64,000 bases of DNA from positions 124,001 through 188,000 of the forward strand of contig MU057403.1 in assembly GCA_013265495.1 (NCBI GenBank), read 5' to 3'. Shown here piece by piece: positions 12,537 through 26,204 of the stretch. The notes under the pieces were generated by a model, which was not told where the DNA came from, did not search any database, and saw only the letters and a program-made list of their open reading frames with translations. Source of the DNA: Vicugna vicugna (lineage: Eukaryota). How positions within the stretch are numbered: position 1 is the first letter of the stretch; every line of letters starts with the position of its first letter. The position numbers and the translations under genes were made by a program.

Positions 12537-14229
12537 TGAACCTTAATCCATTCTTTTCTCTCCATCTCCACTGCCACCGCCTCAGACCACCCCCCATGGT
12601 CTCACTCTGACCTTCCTCTTTTTGAAATGGAATCATCAAAGAAGATAACACCTGATCTCCCAGTTTCCTGGATGAGATGGCCTTAACTTACCACCTGACT
12701 CTAACTTACAAACCCTCCCTAATGTAATGGGATGCTTCCACTCAGCTACATGAGCGGTCTCTCGGTTTTCGTAACCTCTATAGCAGATTGCCTGTATATG
12801 TCACACTCTACTTGAATACTTTTCCAATAATAAAATAATTTTCTTTTTCTTCTACTTTTGTGGAGAGGTTTTCTAGGCTGGAGGAGATCTTGTTTTTTAC
12901 TACGTCTCTTCCCAAGTTTAAACCCTTCAGGAGTACCACTGCACGCAGGAAAAGAACCTCCAGTCTCTGTGTCACGGCTCACGGGACAGGGCACGATCCG
13001 GCCTGGCTGCTCTTCGCCCTCACCTCATCCCACCCTCCCTCTCACCCACCACCTTACAGCCACAAAGCCTTTCTCTTCCTCAAAAACTTTTAGCTCATTT
13101 TCACTTTAGTGACTTCACATTTCAAGTTCCCTCTTCTTGGAATGTTCCCTGAGGTCCCAACACAAGAGTCAACTCCTTTATGAACTGACTGTTCTAACTT
13201 TAATCTTTTATTTTCTAGGTAATAGTCTCAACCATCTTCAAATATATATTTTCAAAAATGTGTTTACTTATGTTTTCTCTGTGTCCTTGCTGGGATGTAA
13301 GTTCCCTGAATAGAAAGTTTTGTCTTCCTGGTCCTGTACTGTATTCTCTCTTTTAGTCTCTCAACAAACATTGGCTGAATGAATAAAAGAACACTTACTA
13401 AATCTAAAGTATCTCCGGACTGTGACCCCAGGTACATTGTTTTAGTTAATAACTGATTAATGATGATGGGTCTATTTAATATGACTTCTTCCCTTGAAAG
13501 TTTATTTTTACCGAAGAACAATTTATAAATGTTTATTCTTATGCAAAGAGTATTTGGATATGAAAGGCTTCTGTTTCAATACAAACTTATCTATTCTTGT
13601 TTCCTTTATTTATCTTTGACATTAGGAAACAGTGCAAGTTTGACATTGCCTTTGCCAGACAATACAAGGAAATGTAAAATCATCGCTTTATGGTCCTACA
13701 TTCATACCTTATTCTTCTCAACTAGTCAACATGTAGTTTTTGCTTTTATCACTGTCTCTGTGCGATGCCTCTGATTTAAAAATGTCATACTTCTTCCTCG
13801 GAGAGTGATTCAAGACCTTGACCCCCAAAAAAGGCAGCTTGTGGCATTTTTTGTCGCTATTAACCACATCAGTGTTTTATATGGATAAACTTGCTATTTT
13901 GGGTCATCTATACTAATTATGTTTTTGTAATAGCAATATTGCAGAACTGAACAAATGAGGACAGTTGGTACTTACACATCAGAAATGTATTTACAGAACT
14001 GAAAAGACCCTCCTTGCAACTTAATTCAATTTTACTAATCTCACATATATTTTTCAACAAATAGGTGCCAGGCACCATATTAGTGACAACGCAAGAACAA
14101 ACCAGAGAGAAGTTCTCTGCCACACGGAGCCCACAATTCATGGGCAGAAGTATCAAAGATCAAAATACATTTAGGAAAGAAGCAAGAAGTTTCAACCCAA
14201 TATCTCAGGTTAAAAATGGCTGAAGCCTA

Positions 14230-14673
14230 CATAAAAACCAACAACATAATGCCATTTGCAGCAACATGGATGCTCCTGAAGAATGTCATTCTAAGTGAAG
14301 TAAGCCAGAAGGAGAAAGAAAAATACCATATGAGATCGCTCATATGTGGAATCTAAAAAACAAAACAAACAAACAAAGCATAAATACAAAACAGAAATAG
14401 ACTCACAGACATAGAATGCAAACTTGTGGTTGCCAAGGGGACGGAGGGTGGGAAGAGATAGACTGGGATTTCAAAATTGTAGAATAGATAAACAAGATTA
14501 TACTGTATAGCACAGGGAAATACACACAAGATCTTATGGTAGCTCACAGAGAAAAAAACGTGACAATGAATATATATATGTTCATGTATAACTGAAAAAT
14601 TGTGCTCTACACTGGAATTTGACACAACATTGTAAAATGATTATCAATCAATAAAAAATGTTAAAATTTAAAA
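14230..14673 (+). mobile_element. Young 5'-truncated L1 with perfect 18-bp TSD
   Basis: TSD AAAAATGGCTGAAGCCTA at 14212-14229 and 14674-14691; TT/AAAAA endonuclease site; L1 3' UTR and poly(A). Confidence 0.9.
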
Positions 14674-14966
14674 AAAAATGGCTGAAGCCTAGATATCCAA
14701 TAATATGGGTATGAATTTTCTTTTAAGCACATTTTAGCAGTTTTGATATTTTAACATTGAGCCAGTAATTAAGTTTCCAAATTTATTGGCAAAGAAAATT
14801 AGGTTATTAAAGGCAACACTTGAGAAATGGAACGATTACATGCTATATTTCCTTATACATCTTTAGACTCCACCATCAATAAATAAAATATTGACATAAA
14901 AGCATAAAAGCTAATGACTTCTGGAAGGCAGAGAAGCTGGATAAGAGGCAAATAAATGGGTATTTT

Positions 14967-15455
14967 GTAGCAGATACTGCCAGAACCTCACTTAGTTTTT
15001 CTTGCCCTTTGCCATCTCAGTGAGTGCCAGCCCCACTTCCCAACAGCAGCATCACATCTCTGGATCTCCAGGCCGGGGGTCGGGGTCGGGGAGTGTTTCT
15101 GGCCATCAGAGACCCCTTCCCACCCTGTGAAGACCAGAAGGGGTAGAGAACTAAGGCCCCCGAGGAGTAGCCCGTCTCCGATGACCAATGGGCATGGATG
15201 AACAGAAAACCCCAAACTCTTGCACTGTGGGGGATGACTCTGAGTCACTTGCTCTCCGTCGTCGCCCAGAGCAGCCAGCCAGGCCGAGCTGCAGCTGCCC
15301 ACCATGGTCACTGGCTCCTTAACACATCCTGTATCCTCCTTTCTGGTCTCACCTCCCCACACCTCAGTTAGTCTTTCCCGGGACTGGCTCCCAAATAAAC
15401 TACTTCATTCAAGTCAATGTCAGAGGATAGCCCCCAGGGCCACCCAAACTGAGAA
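14967..15455 (+). mobile_element. LTR16-like (ERVL) solo LTR
   Basis: Begins tgtagcagatac; contains gaccaatgg and ctcccaaataaactactt...cccaaact, typical of the LTR16 family. Confidence 0.6.
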
Positions 15456-16119
15456 TCTGTCCATTAGCCTCAGTAAATGAATGTAAAACGTATATGTGTC
15501 TCCAAACAACTGAAACTAAGTGGGGAAAAAAAGACTTATTATGCACCTAGTAAATGCCAAAAAAATGCGCCAAGTACTCAGGCAGGGAGGCGCCTAAGGC
15601 TCACGCTATTAGGTTTAGCAATACTGAGCAAACGACACAGGAAAAATGGAAAAAGATTTTATTTTCCACTTCAATCCTTTATTCATTCATCAAATATCCA
15701 CAGGACCTACTAATTTAAGCCACTGCATTTGGCTCTTTGGGGAGGCCCAAGTGTGACTCCAAGGACTGACCTCAAGGAGGAAGGAGAGGCCGGGAGAAGG
15801 AACTCTGCCAACTTCCTGCCTCCCTCCCTAAAGACAGGAATATCTGAACCCTTCCCGGGTTCATTCACTCCCATCTGGGTAGATCTCCCTCAGTCTGCTG
15901 CCCCCTTTCCCTGTGTCCTGGATTCCACCCCCTCCCGCTGCTCTAATCAGCATTCTTCCCTTTCTCTCCTCTGTCTTCAACCTCAGAAGGCCAGCCTCTC
16001 CCCCAGGGTCAAGACAAACAAACAAATGTAAGAAGTCGACGCTACACTGCTTTTTGCTCTTCCACTCATAACCACACTAACTCATTAATCTTTGTGTGTC
16101 GTGTCAACTGGATCATGAT

Positions 16120-16700
16120 ACAATCAGAGCTGTGTGACCTTGGTCAAGTTTCTAAACTACTCTGTGCTGCCTTTCCCTCATCTGGCAAATGAGGGGGAAA
16201 TCACAGTCCCTGCTGGTTGTTGTGAGAATTAACTGAGATCACCTAAGTAAAGCACTTAGAACAGCTCCTGACACATAGAAATTGCTTGGCCCATGTTAGT
16301 GTATTCTTATCAGTAACTCGGGAAACTCAGTTGTGAAGGCAAAGTGAAATGGTTCAGAACAGGATGAAACTAGAAAAAAAACAGAGAACTGTTGCAGCAG
16401 CCCAAAGTGACGGACAGAAGGACAGAGACAATGGAGACTCCAAAGTTCCCAACCTCAGAAGACAGGGGATGTGGTGGTGAGAGATGTGTTCTTTGGAGTC
16501 AGCAAACTTGCAATCAAAGGCTGGTTCTACCATTTACTAGCTGTGCTGCTGCCCTAGTCAAATCCACCATTCTAGCCTCGCTATCCTCATCTGTCAAACG
16601 AGGCTGATAATGCTCTCTGACAGTTGCTGTGAACTTTCTAAATGAGATAATCTAAGGAAGGTACCCAGCATGTCATCTGGCACATCGCAAACACTCCAAG
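16120..16700 (+). mobile_element. Two MIR SINE fragments
   Basis: MIR core: gctgtgtgaccttgg..aagtt.ctaaac..tctgtgc..ctttccctcatctg..aaatg...gttgtgagaattaa; a second copy at about 16490-16700. Confidence 0.7.
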
Positions 16701-19700
16701 GTTAACGTCCTCCCTTCCCACCACCAAGTGAAAAATCTAAGTCTAAGCAACCGACGCAGAGGGAGCGACCAAGTCCTTCTTTGACGGGCTGTTGTTTGAT
16801 GTCTTTCCTGATCAGCACACTCCAGATGGTAAGTTATGTCTACTTCTCAGCCTCAGAGCCAGAAGACTATGGTCAAGAATTAGCTCTGGTCCTTCCTGGC
16901 TAGCTGACACCTGAGCCTCCATTTCCTCGCGTAGTGAAAGAAGGACAGTAACACCTACACACCCCACTCCAGGGGGTTGTTGTAAGGATCTGATTAAGGA
17001 TGTGAAAGCAAGTAATTAATGTGATTAAGAATCTGAAAGGGCTCTGTGACCTTAACTTGGCTTTTAATTAGAAGAATATGTTTAAGAATGCTTTCTTCCA
17101 CGTTGGTTTCAATTTTTTTTGAAAGGGCACAAGCCTTCTTATCTCTTCTGCTTTCACTTCTACTTCACCTAGTGTCCACTAGTTCCCTCTATGGACCCAT
17201 GTAACCATATGATGTTTCCATTCAACAGTGCTTGAGGGTCACCAAGAGGCAAGGTGATACTGCTGTTCTCATGTGGACATCAGTCTCCCTCCCTCTCTGC
17301 CATGCAGATACACACCACTTCAGAAGCTGTGTTTCTTTTGTCCAACCCCTCTTGGGGTTCCTGTGACCTCCTAGCTCTCCCTGAGCTGCTCCAGATTCAG
17401 TCTCAGAGGCCAGGCTACAGGACCACTGTAACCCCTGTGATCTCCAGCTCCCTTTGAAGATATGAGTCTTTGTCTTTAACTGGGGTTGGGCATATTGGAT
17501 CCTTTAAAGCTCACATTTAACCAATGGTGACTCATTCTACCTAAAAATTAGGTCCAATGTGCAGCTGAAGTGCCACACAGCAAAGCAATTGTTTTCTTAC
17601 CTTATATCTACAACACCCTACTTCCACAGATCCCCATCTCTGAATTATAGAAAAATCAGAGGTAGTCTGGAACAGTAACAAGAAAGATAGACAAATATAA
17701 GAGCAATTGAAAAAAAGATGACGAAAACTTGTTTTCGTTCAACAACGTCAACTTCCATCTGGCATCCAAAATAAGTCATATACATAAAGGAAGAAATGAG
17801 AGACTAGAAATAAAGAAAAGTAGAGATAATATAAGGAAAATTTTATGAAAATTAAAACTAGTAAGGAAATGGGCAGCGGGGAACTGTTTCTTGAAGAAAT
17901 TCTAGATTGGTACTAAAATCAGTCATCCATTGAGAAAAGATGCATTGCTTCTGTACAATAGAAATAATCCTCCACTGGGAGGCAGGAGTCCTGACTACCC
18001 AACAGGCTGTGCCATTAACTAGTGAGACCCTGGAAAGATCACTTAACCTGTCAGAACCTCAGTTTCCTTATCTATAAAATGAGGAGGTTGGACGCCGCAG
18101 GGAACTGTGCTAAAAATCAGATTCACTCTATTTTTTTTTCTTTATATGCACCAGCCAGTGGGAGCCTCTTGCTGACATCTCTTCCCACTCTGCCCCCAAT
18201 GGCATCACGTTGGCACTTTGAAATCAGCCATGGTGGGCGTCCTACACCATGGACATCACACCCCAGATCAGTGCTTTTTCTCTTCTGAGAACCAACTGCT
18301 GAGTTTACCAACACACCATTGCCTGTGAGGCAAACCGTTCCATTTCCAGCTAAACCTCTAGGTCCGAGCAGCTCTCACTGTATCTCTACTGTGATTATAA
18401 CCCCACTGAGGTCTAAATGTTGGAGCTGAATACAATTTTTTTCTGCTAAAAAGACAGCAGGGTGAGAATAAGAAGGGGGAGTGATGCCCTATGCTATGCG
18501 TGCCCTCCTGGGCACCTCCAAGTACAACAGGGATGCTCATGGTGCTGATGATGCAGGATGCTCCCAGGGAAGAGGGGGAAAGAAACCATAGGAAGCAGGG
18601 AGATCTTTCTGTGGGTTTTATTAACGGTAGTGATTCAAGGCAGAGGGTGCAGAGAGATCGTATATCCTTTATTCTACTGCTCACTAAGTAGTTGCTCTGT
18701 TTTTATCCAGACACCTCTGTTTATGTGTTGCTTGGGCCAAGAAAAGGTAAAATGAGGATTAGAGGCTCTCAAGTTAATTTTTTAAAAATCTGGAAAGGGA
18801 TCCCTTACCCATGTTCTTGTTTGCTTTTTATTCTTTAAATAAACAGATCTTCAGCACCTCCCTGCCTCTCTGGTATTTGTACCCATGCAGAGGAAGATAT
18901 TCATCAGAGCAAGGCATCCTGCAGTCTCGAGGAGGGAACAATTCCTCAGCAAAGTGAGAAACACTTTTTGCCCCAAAGCGTTAAGAGTTAGTTTCAAGAA
19001 AATTGGGGACTGTGTCCGTGCTGCCTGTTGTGACAGCCGTCAGCCTTGAGAATCTCCTGTACACTTAAAACAAGGCCAGTCTGAACTGAGATGTGCTGGA
19101 AATAACATGCTACACACCGGGTTTTGAAAATTTAATTTCAAAAAGATGAACGTAAACATATCGCAAAAAGCTTTCTATTGGTGAATGTTGACTAATAAGA
19201 TTTTGGTTATACTGGGTTAAATGAAGCATATTCATAAAATCAATGTCATCTGTCTCTTTTTACTTTTTAAACGTGACCATGTAATGTCACCAGTTATGTT
19301 CCTCGCTGACTGGGCTGGGTTAGAGTCCAGGTCTTATGGGCAGAGACCTGCCCTGCCACCCAGCATCAGTTTGAAGACCTTTAGCGACTTTAGAACTTGC
19401 TTCTAGGTAGTGCCAACCTTAGAAGACTTTCACTGGTCTCAGTTTTAACCTTTGAGGTCATGAAGAATATACTAATCCTCTCACCCAAGGCAGTTTTTCA
19501 AGACGAAGATGGGGATGACGCAGAGCCCTGCCCTGAGCTCCTCTCGGGCCCCGTGTCAGCAGCAACTCCTTACTCCTTGAGAGCCGGGCTTTGCAGTGAG
19601 GACGAAGGTGACAAGTCCCCTCAGGCTCCAGGACTCCTTCCTCAGAGCTGTTTCCTGGGAAACCTCTCTTTTAAATGCTTACTTATACTACTTACACTGG

Positions 19701-20842
19701 ACAATTGATTGCTACCATGGTGGGGGGGGAGTCACTCTTTTTAATAGTTAACACTTAGGAAGCAACTTCTATGAGTCATAACATGTTCTAACTATTTTAC
19801 ACATTCTCCCTCATTGAATCATTGCAACAACTGATGGGAGATGTCACATGATGCTCCTTATTTTATAGACAGAAAAACTAAAGCACAAAGAAATTAAGTA
19901 GCTTCCTGGCAGGGGCAGGGTGCAAAGGAGTCTGCCTTTGCTTGTGTTTTTGTGTTGTCTGCTACGTAATGCTCGCGAGGACTTAATGTTTTCTGTGACC
20001 AGACACCCTCCCTGGGAGGCTTCCTGGGGGTCGGGAGTTCCCTTGTAACCCCCACCCCCGCTCCTGTCTCTACCACCACAACAGTGCATGGAGCGCCCTG
20101 GGCACAGGCTGGGTGCAGAGGGGGTTTGCATTCGAGGAAAATGAAGGGGGACCAGGAACCCAAGATTTCAAACTTGAAATCCTGTCTATCCCATCCCAAA
20201 AGAGACCTGGGAATAAGAATTCCTACAGGCAGTCTCATTCTGAAGTTCAAGCAGGTTGAAAGAGAGACACAACAATGTCTTTGAGCATTTGAAAAGGTCC
20301 GAGTCTGTTCCCCTTGAGTAATCACCAGTCTCTAGGGAAAAAGAAAAAAAAGGAACAGAAAAACGGGCATAAATCAGTTTGAACAGCTTAGATAGGAACG
20401 AGCTTTCTAGCAAGAAAAACTAGGAGCGACTAAAATGGTTTATTCATAGAAAAAAAGATGAGTTGTGACACTCTCGCGGACTCTTTCCCGGGACAACCGG
20501 TAATCCCGTCCCTAGACCTGCAATGAAAAGAGACACCAGTGCTGCCCTCCTTCTGGCCAAAAACACTGGGGTTAGACAGAAATGGAAAACTAAAATTCGC
20601 AAACCACAGAGGAAATCGCTCTAAGAATAAAGCAGAGAAGGGGCGACGGGAGATGGGAGAAGTAAGGGGAAGACAGGTTGTGGGGGTGCCAGGCAGAGGT
20701 TTCCCGCAGAGCTGGTGGTGCAGGGAAGCCCTCCTTATCACCCCAGGTGGCAAAAGGAATCCGTTAACATTGACCTAAAAGGGACGGTGTGCAGAAGCCC
20801 CAGGCCCTAAGGCAGAAAGCTTCCACCTCAGAGCCGACTTAC

Positions 20843-20903
20843 CCAAGAGCTGCATAGCCACCGGAACGAGAGGAAGGAAAGCCAGCAGCAGAGACAGCCT
20901 CAT
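20843..20903 (-). CDS. MRC1: MRC1 exon 1 coding part (61 bp), signal peptide
   Basis: gccATG start; MRLSLLLAFLPLVPVAMQLL plus 1 nt; donor gtaagt. Joins exon 2 in phase 1 to give ...LLDTRQF, the known mannose receptor N-terminus. Confidence 0.95.
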
Positions 20904-20999
20904 GGCCCAGAGTTTATCCTCTTCTTCCACTGATGGAAAGGAGGGAGGACCGGAGAACCAAGACAATGAGCTCCCAGGCTCACCCTTCCCCTCGTCCCT

Positions 21000-21210
21000 T
21001 CTCAGAAATGCCCTGCTGAAAAGATGGGTGGAGGAAGCTCTCCCTTTTAAAGGGCTTCTGAAATTAGGGAAAACCTCCAATAAGGAGATATCCTGTCACA
21101 TGAGGGTGGTTGGAAAAACAGGAATTCAAAGCTACAACTTTGCTTTGTAAGCTAACTTCTGAGCAGAGCAGACACAGAGGAAGGGACAGAGGGACACGTG
21201 TGGGAGAGGG
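21000..21210 (-). promoter_or_regulatory. MRC1 proximal promoter
   Basis: TATA-like TTTAAAA (minus strand, 21045-21051) about 145 bp upstream of the ATG; ETS/PU.1-type GAGGAA at 21031 and about 21177; GTCACATGA E-box at 21095-21103; CACGTG at 21195-21200. Rodent mannose receptor promoters are known to use PU.1 with Sp1/USF. Site function here is inferred. Confidence 0.65.
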
Positions 21211-22737
21211 CTGAGGAAGGGGGAGGTGAGAGGGTGGCGGTGAGACTCCAGAGTGAGGGCTGGCCTGCTGGGAAGGAGAGAAGTGGAACCGCCTTGGACC
21301 TCCCGGCTCTTCTCAGATGGTGCTGCGTGGAGAGGAAACTGGAGGCCATCACCTGGGCTGGAAAAGTGAGGTTTTCTCTGGGGAAGCAGCTGATTGGGGG
21401 GGACCCTCGGCAGACAAGCCCCCATTGAAAGTGGTGGAAATGGCAGGAACTAAAAAGGAGAGATTTATGGTGGAAACATTTTAAGGGCTGAGACAGGTCC
21501 CCCTCATTCTCCATACTCAACTTAGAGGCTCTTTTTTTTTTTTTCTTAGAAAGCTTCAAAAGAAACTTCACATGGAGCTTTCTTCTCAGCTAAAAGAAGA
21601 GTGAAATAGAGGCTAAAACTAAGAAAGAATCTCAGTAATAACAGGTGGGAGAAAGTTCTAGAAGCCTTTCTCTAGAAAGTTCTCTAGAGAACTGAGAAAA
21701 ACAGTGGCAGGATTTGCAATGAAGCCTCACCACCCAGCCTCAACCGTAGTGATCCTCTCCAAGGTCGCTAGGTCCTCTTGCTAGGAGAAAATCTGCTCGT
21801 TACGTCAAAAAGATGAATACTTATTCCATAATAAATGGAATTCTTTCTTTAAGAGAAGAGGGAGCAGACCTCTCATTAAGCACACTAGTAACCCTAAACA
21901 TCTATTTTGTTACTTTTCAGAAGTAAAACATGCATTCAGAACATTTTAAAGCAGATAATAGTAACTAGCCAGCCAGCCCACAACTGGAGTGGGGGAAATG
22001 TTTGCCAGTCAAAAAGAAGCTGCTGGAAACATTGTATTTTTTGAAAATTTAAATGAATAGTTTACCTTCAGGTCAAAAGCTCCAAGATTTATCATCTTTG
22101 TGATAATGTTATAAACTCTGTTCCTAATAAGAAATATGATATATTTTTTAAATTGAAGTATATAGTCAGTTTACAATGTTGTATCAATTTCTGGTGTACT
22201 GATTTTTTTTTAACATTCTAAATTTAAGATTATTTTGACAGGATGAAAAAGATGGTGAAAATGTAGGACGCAGGACAAATGTTTCTTTTTCATTAAGTCA
22301 GTCCTTCTCTGACCTGAAAAAGTTGGTTACAAAACAAGCAGATGAAACAAAAATATTTTTTTCTAAAACATGGCTTCACTGATTGGTCATGAGAAAAAAA
22401 AGTTATAAATGAGATATTCATGGTTTTCAAATGTAAATCAATTATACAAATTCAAAATTTTTGTCCCAATTTGGATTCATATTAATCTCAGAAGCAAATA
22501 AAACTTAACTGAATTCTCCCTACACTCACAATCAGGGTTTTTTTTAATTACACAAATGTGTCATAAGGCCAACCAGGATCAGTGGTAGAATCTGTGACTT
22601 TGAAACAAAAGGAGGTCAACTGTTTCACAAAGAATTTATCCCATAACCTTTACCTCTTATTGAAACAAAGATTTATCAGGCAAAAAAGAGGCGATCAAGG
22701 GAAAAAAAGAGAGAGAAAAGAAAAGAAATACAGCTCT

Positions 22738-25075
22738 ATCACAGAAGTTACATCACAGAAGATGGTGGGATAGGAAGCTGTAGAAATCCATCATTCTACT
22801 GCCACAACTACTGAACTGGCAGAAACTGAAGTAATTATTTCAGAACTCCAGACTCTAGTGAAAAAACTCAAGAGTATTTAGTGGAGACCTGGATGCAGAG
22901 GCTGGTAAATTTCAACAAATTTCACCATTTCCTTCATGGCAGCTCAGGGTGGCAGGCTGAGTCTTTGGTGCAGCTTGCTGAAGCTGGAGTGGACTTTGTC
23001 CTCTAAGTATCAGACTTGTGTGTTCTAAAGGCTAATTACGGCTTTTAATTGCTTTCACCACTTCTGTTCAACATAGTACTGAAAGTTCCAGCCAAAGCAA
23101 TTAGGCAAGAAAAAAATAAATTGAAGTATCCAAATTGTAGAAAAAGAAGTAAAATGATTTCCCTGCATAGATGGCATGATTTTGTGTGTGGAAAACCCTA
23201 CAGTGGCTACAAAAACAAAAACAAAAACCTGCTAATGGTATTAAACAAATGCAACAAATTTGAAGGATACAAAATCAAACACAAAAATCAGCTGAATTTC
23301 TATGCACTATTAATGAAAAATCTTAAAAGGAAATGAAGCAAGCAATGCTATTTACAATAGCATCACAAAGAATAAAATACTTAGGAATAAATTTAATCAA
23401 GATGAAAACTACAAAATATTGCTGAAAGAAATTAAGACCTAAATAAATGGAAAGCTATCTCATGTTCAGAGAATGGAGAACCTAATATTGTTAAGATCAC
23501 AGTACTATCCTAAGAGATCTATAGATTCAGTTCAATCCCTAGCAAAATCCCAATGATGTTTCTTGCAGAAATAGAAAAATTCATCCTCAAGTTCATATGA
23601 AATCTTAAGAAATCCTGTATAGCGAAAGCAATTTTGAAAAAGAACAAAGTCAGATATCCAAACTTACTATAAAACTACACTATTCAAAAGAGTATGGTAT
23701 TGGCACAGGAGAGACATAAAAACCAATAGAATAGAAAAGAGAGGCCAGAAATAAACCCTCACACATGTGGTCAATTGATGTTTTTACAGAGGGGCCAAGA
23801 ACATTTAATGCAGAAAGGACAATGTTTTTAAAAAACGGTACTTGGAAAATTGATTATCTACATATAAAAGAATGGGATTGGACTTTCCATTATCCCAAAT
23901 ACAAAAATTTACTCAAAATGGGTCAAAACCTAAATTTGAGAGCTATAACTATAAAACTTTTAGAAGAAAACATCAGGAAAATTCTTCATGACGTAAGATT
24001 TGGCAATGATATTTTTTATTTGGACATGACACTAAAAGCAGAGGCAAAAAAAGAAAAATAGATAAATTGGGCTTCAACAAAATTAAAAACTTTTTTGCTC
24101 AAAGGACACTATCAAAAGAGTGAAAAGACAACCCACAGAATGGGAGAAAATAGTTGCAAATAATATACCTGATAAGGAATTAATATCTAGAATATATACA
24201 AAAGTACAACTCAACAGCAGCAACAACAGCAAAGCAACTAATTTTTAAAATGGGCAAAGGACTTGAATAGACATTTCTCCAAAGAAGATATACAGCCAAT
24301 AAACATGTGAAAAGATGCTCAACGTCTCTAGTCATTAGAACAGTGCAAACAAAACCACAATAGTACATCACTGTACACCCATTAGGATGGCTTTTATCAA
24401 AACAAACAAACTAACTAACTAACAAAATAACAAGCATTGATGAGGATATGAAAAAAGTGGGACCTTCGTGCAATGCAGGTGGGAATGTAATATGGTACAG
24501 CCACTGTGGAAGACAGTTTGGCAAGTTCTCAAAAAGTTAAACATTGAATTGCCATATGATCCAGCAATTCCACTTCTAGGTATAGACTCAGAAGAATTGA
24601 AAACAGAGACTTAGACAAATATTTGTACATGAGTGTTCATAGCAGCATTATGCATAGCCAAAAGGTAAAAGCAACACACGGGTCTATTAGCAGATGAATG
24701 GATATGCAAAATATCGTATGTGTACACAGTGGAATATTATTCAGCTATAAAAAGGAATTCTGACACCTGCTACAACATGCACAATCCTGAAATAATACAG
24801 ACACAAAAAGACAAATGTTGTATAATTCCACTTATATGATGTACATAGAATAGGCAATTCTTAGTGACACGGAGAACAGAGGTTACCAGAGTCTGGTGGG
24901 GGAGGGGAGAATGAGTATCATTGTTTAGTGGGTTCAGAGTTTCTGTTTGGGATGACAAAAAATTCTGAAATAGTGGTCATAGTTGCACCACATTGTGAAT
25001 ATACTTAAAGCCACTGAATTGTACATGAAAAATGGTTAAAATGGTAAATTTTGTTGTGTATATTTTACATTAAAA
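22738..25075 (+). mobile_element. Old L1M element: putative 5' end (22738-23048) joined to the ORF2 3' half and 3' UTR (23049-25075)
   Basis: Degraded ORF2 RT-region translation (LSPLLFNIVLKVPAKAIRQEK) and an L1MB-like 3' UTR. The 5' segment assignment is less certain. Confidence 0.8.
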
Positions 25076-25556
25076 TAAAATCCAACTCTTGGCATTCTCT
25101 TATACTCTTCAACTAAGTTTCAGTTCTGGTTTTTGCTTAGCTATGGATGATGGTGGTTATTTTTAACAAGCACTTCCTTTAAGCTAAAGAAGGATTTTAT
25201 AAAAAAGAAAACCCTCATTTTTTTAATTGGTAGGACAATTGCTGAACTATTTCATTTCCTCTTAGACTTTTTCTCAAACATCACGTTCCTCACACCCACT
25301 CAGTTTCATGTAAGATGAACTTAGTGACTCCTTTGTTCTGAAACAGTTCCAAGAAAATTAACTTAAAAAATTCTTTGGTAACCTGTTCTATCATTTCTCA
25401 TAGTGAAAACTGGTGATGGATTCAGAAGTTTGTTTTCTCTCTCTTTTAATGGGCAAATTTGCTCAAACTGTATCAAGATAATTGATTCAGAAGGACGAAG
25501 ATACAATGATGCAGTTAAGTTAAAACTTAAAATTAAAAAAAAAACAGAAAATTAAT

Positions 25557-25692
25557 GGGAAAGGGTATAGCTCAGTGGTATTGTGCATCCTTAGCATGCT
25601 TAAGGTCTTGGATTCAATCCCCAGTACGTCCAATAGAAAAAAAGAGAGAGAGAAAGAAAAGAAAAAAAAAAGAGAGAGAAGAGAAAAAAAAA
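25557..25692 (+). mobile_element. tRNA-Ala-derived SINE (camelid Vic-1-like), diverged
   Basis: gggtatagctcagtggt...cttagcatgc...gattcaatccccagtac followed by an A/GA-rich tail. Confidence 0.8.
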
Positions 25693-25834
25693 CCCAAACA
25701 AATAGAAACTAGGTTTCTTTATGTTCTTATTCCTCACATTTTCCAGTCCTTATCAAGATATGTCAAAACATCAATAATGCATTTGCAATTTAATAGAAGA
25801 TAATTATCTTATAGCAATAAAAAATTTTGGCATT

Positions 25835-26193
25835 GAGAAGACAGATAGGCCAATAGGCACATGGAAAGATGCTCAACATTGCTAATTATCAGAGAAATGC
25901 AAATCCAAACTACAATGAGGTATCACCTCCCACAGGTCAGAATGGCCATCATTAAAAAGTTCACAAATGATCAATGCTGGAGAGGGTGTGGGGAAAAGGG
26001 AACCCTCTGCACTGTTGGTGGGAATGTAATTTGGAGCAGCCACTATGGAGAACAGTGTGACGTTTCCTTTAAAAACTAGAGTTACCATATGATCCAGCCA
26101 TCCCACTCCAGGGCAGACATCCAGAGAAATCTTTACCCTGAAAAGATACATGCACCTCACTGTTCGTAGCAGCACTATTTACAATAGCTAAGA
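25835..26193 (+). mobile_element. L1 ORF2 C-terminal fragment lacking 3' UTR and tail
   Basis: [23 protein letters not shown]...[11 protein letters not shown] is the L1 ORF2 C-terminus. Confidence 0.85.
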
Positions 26194-26204
26194 TCATTTG
26201 TGTT

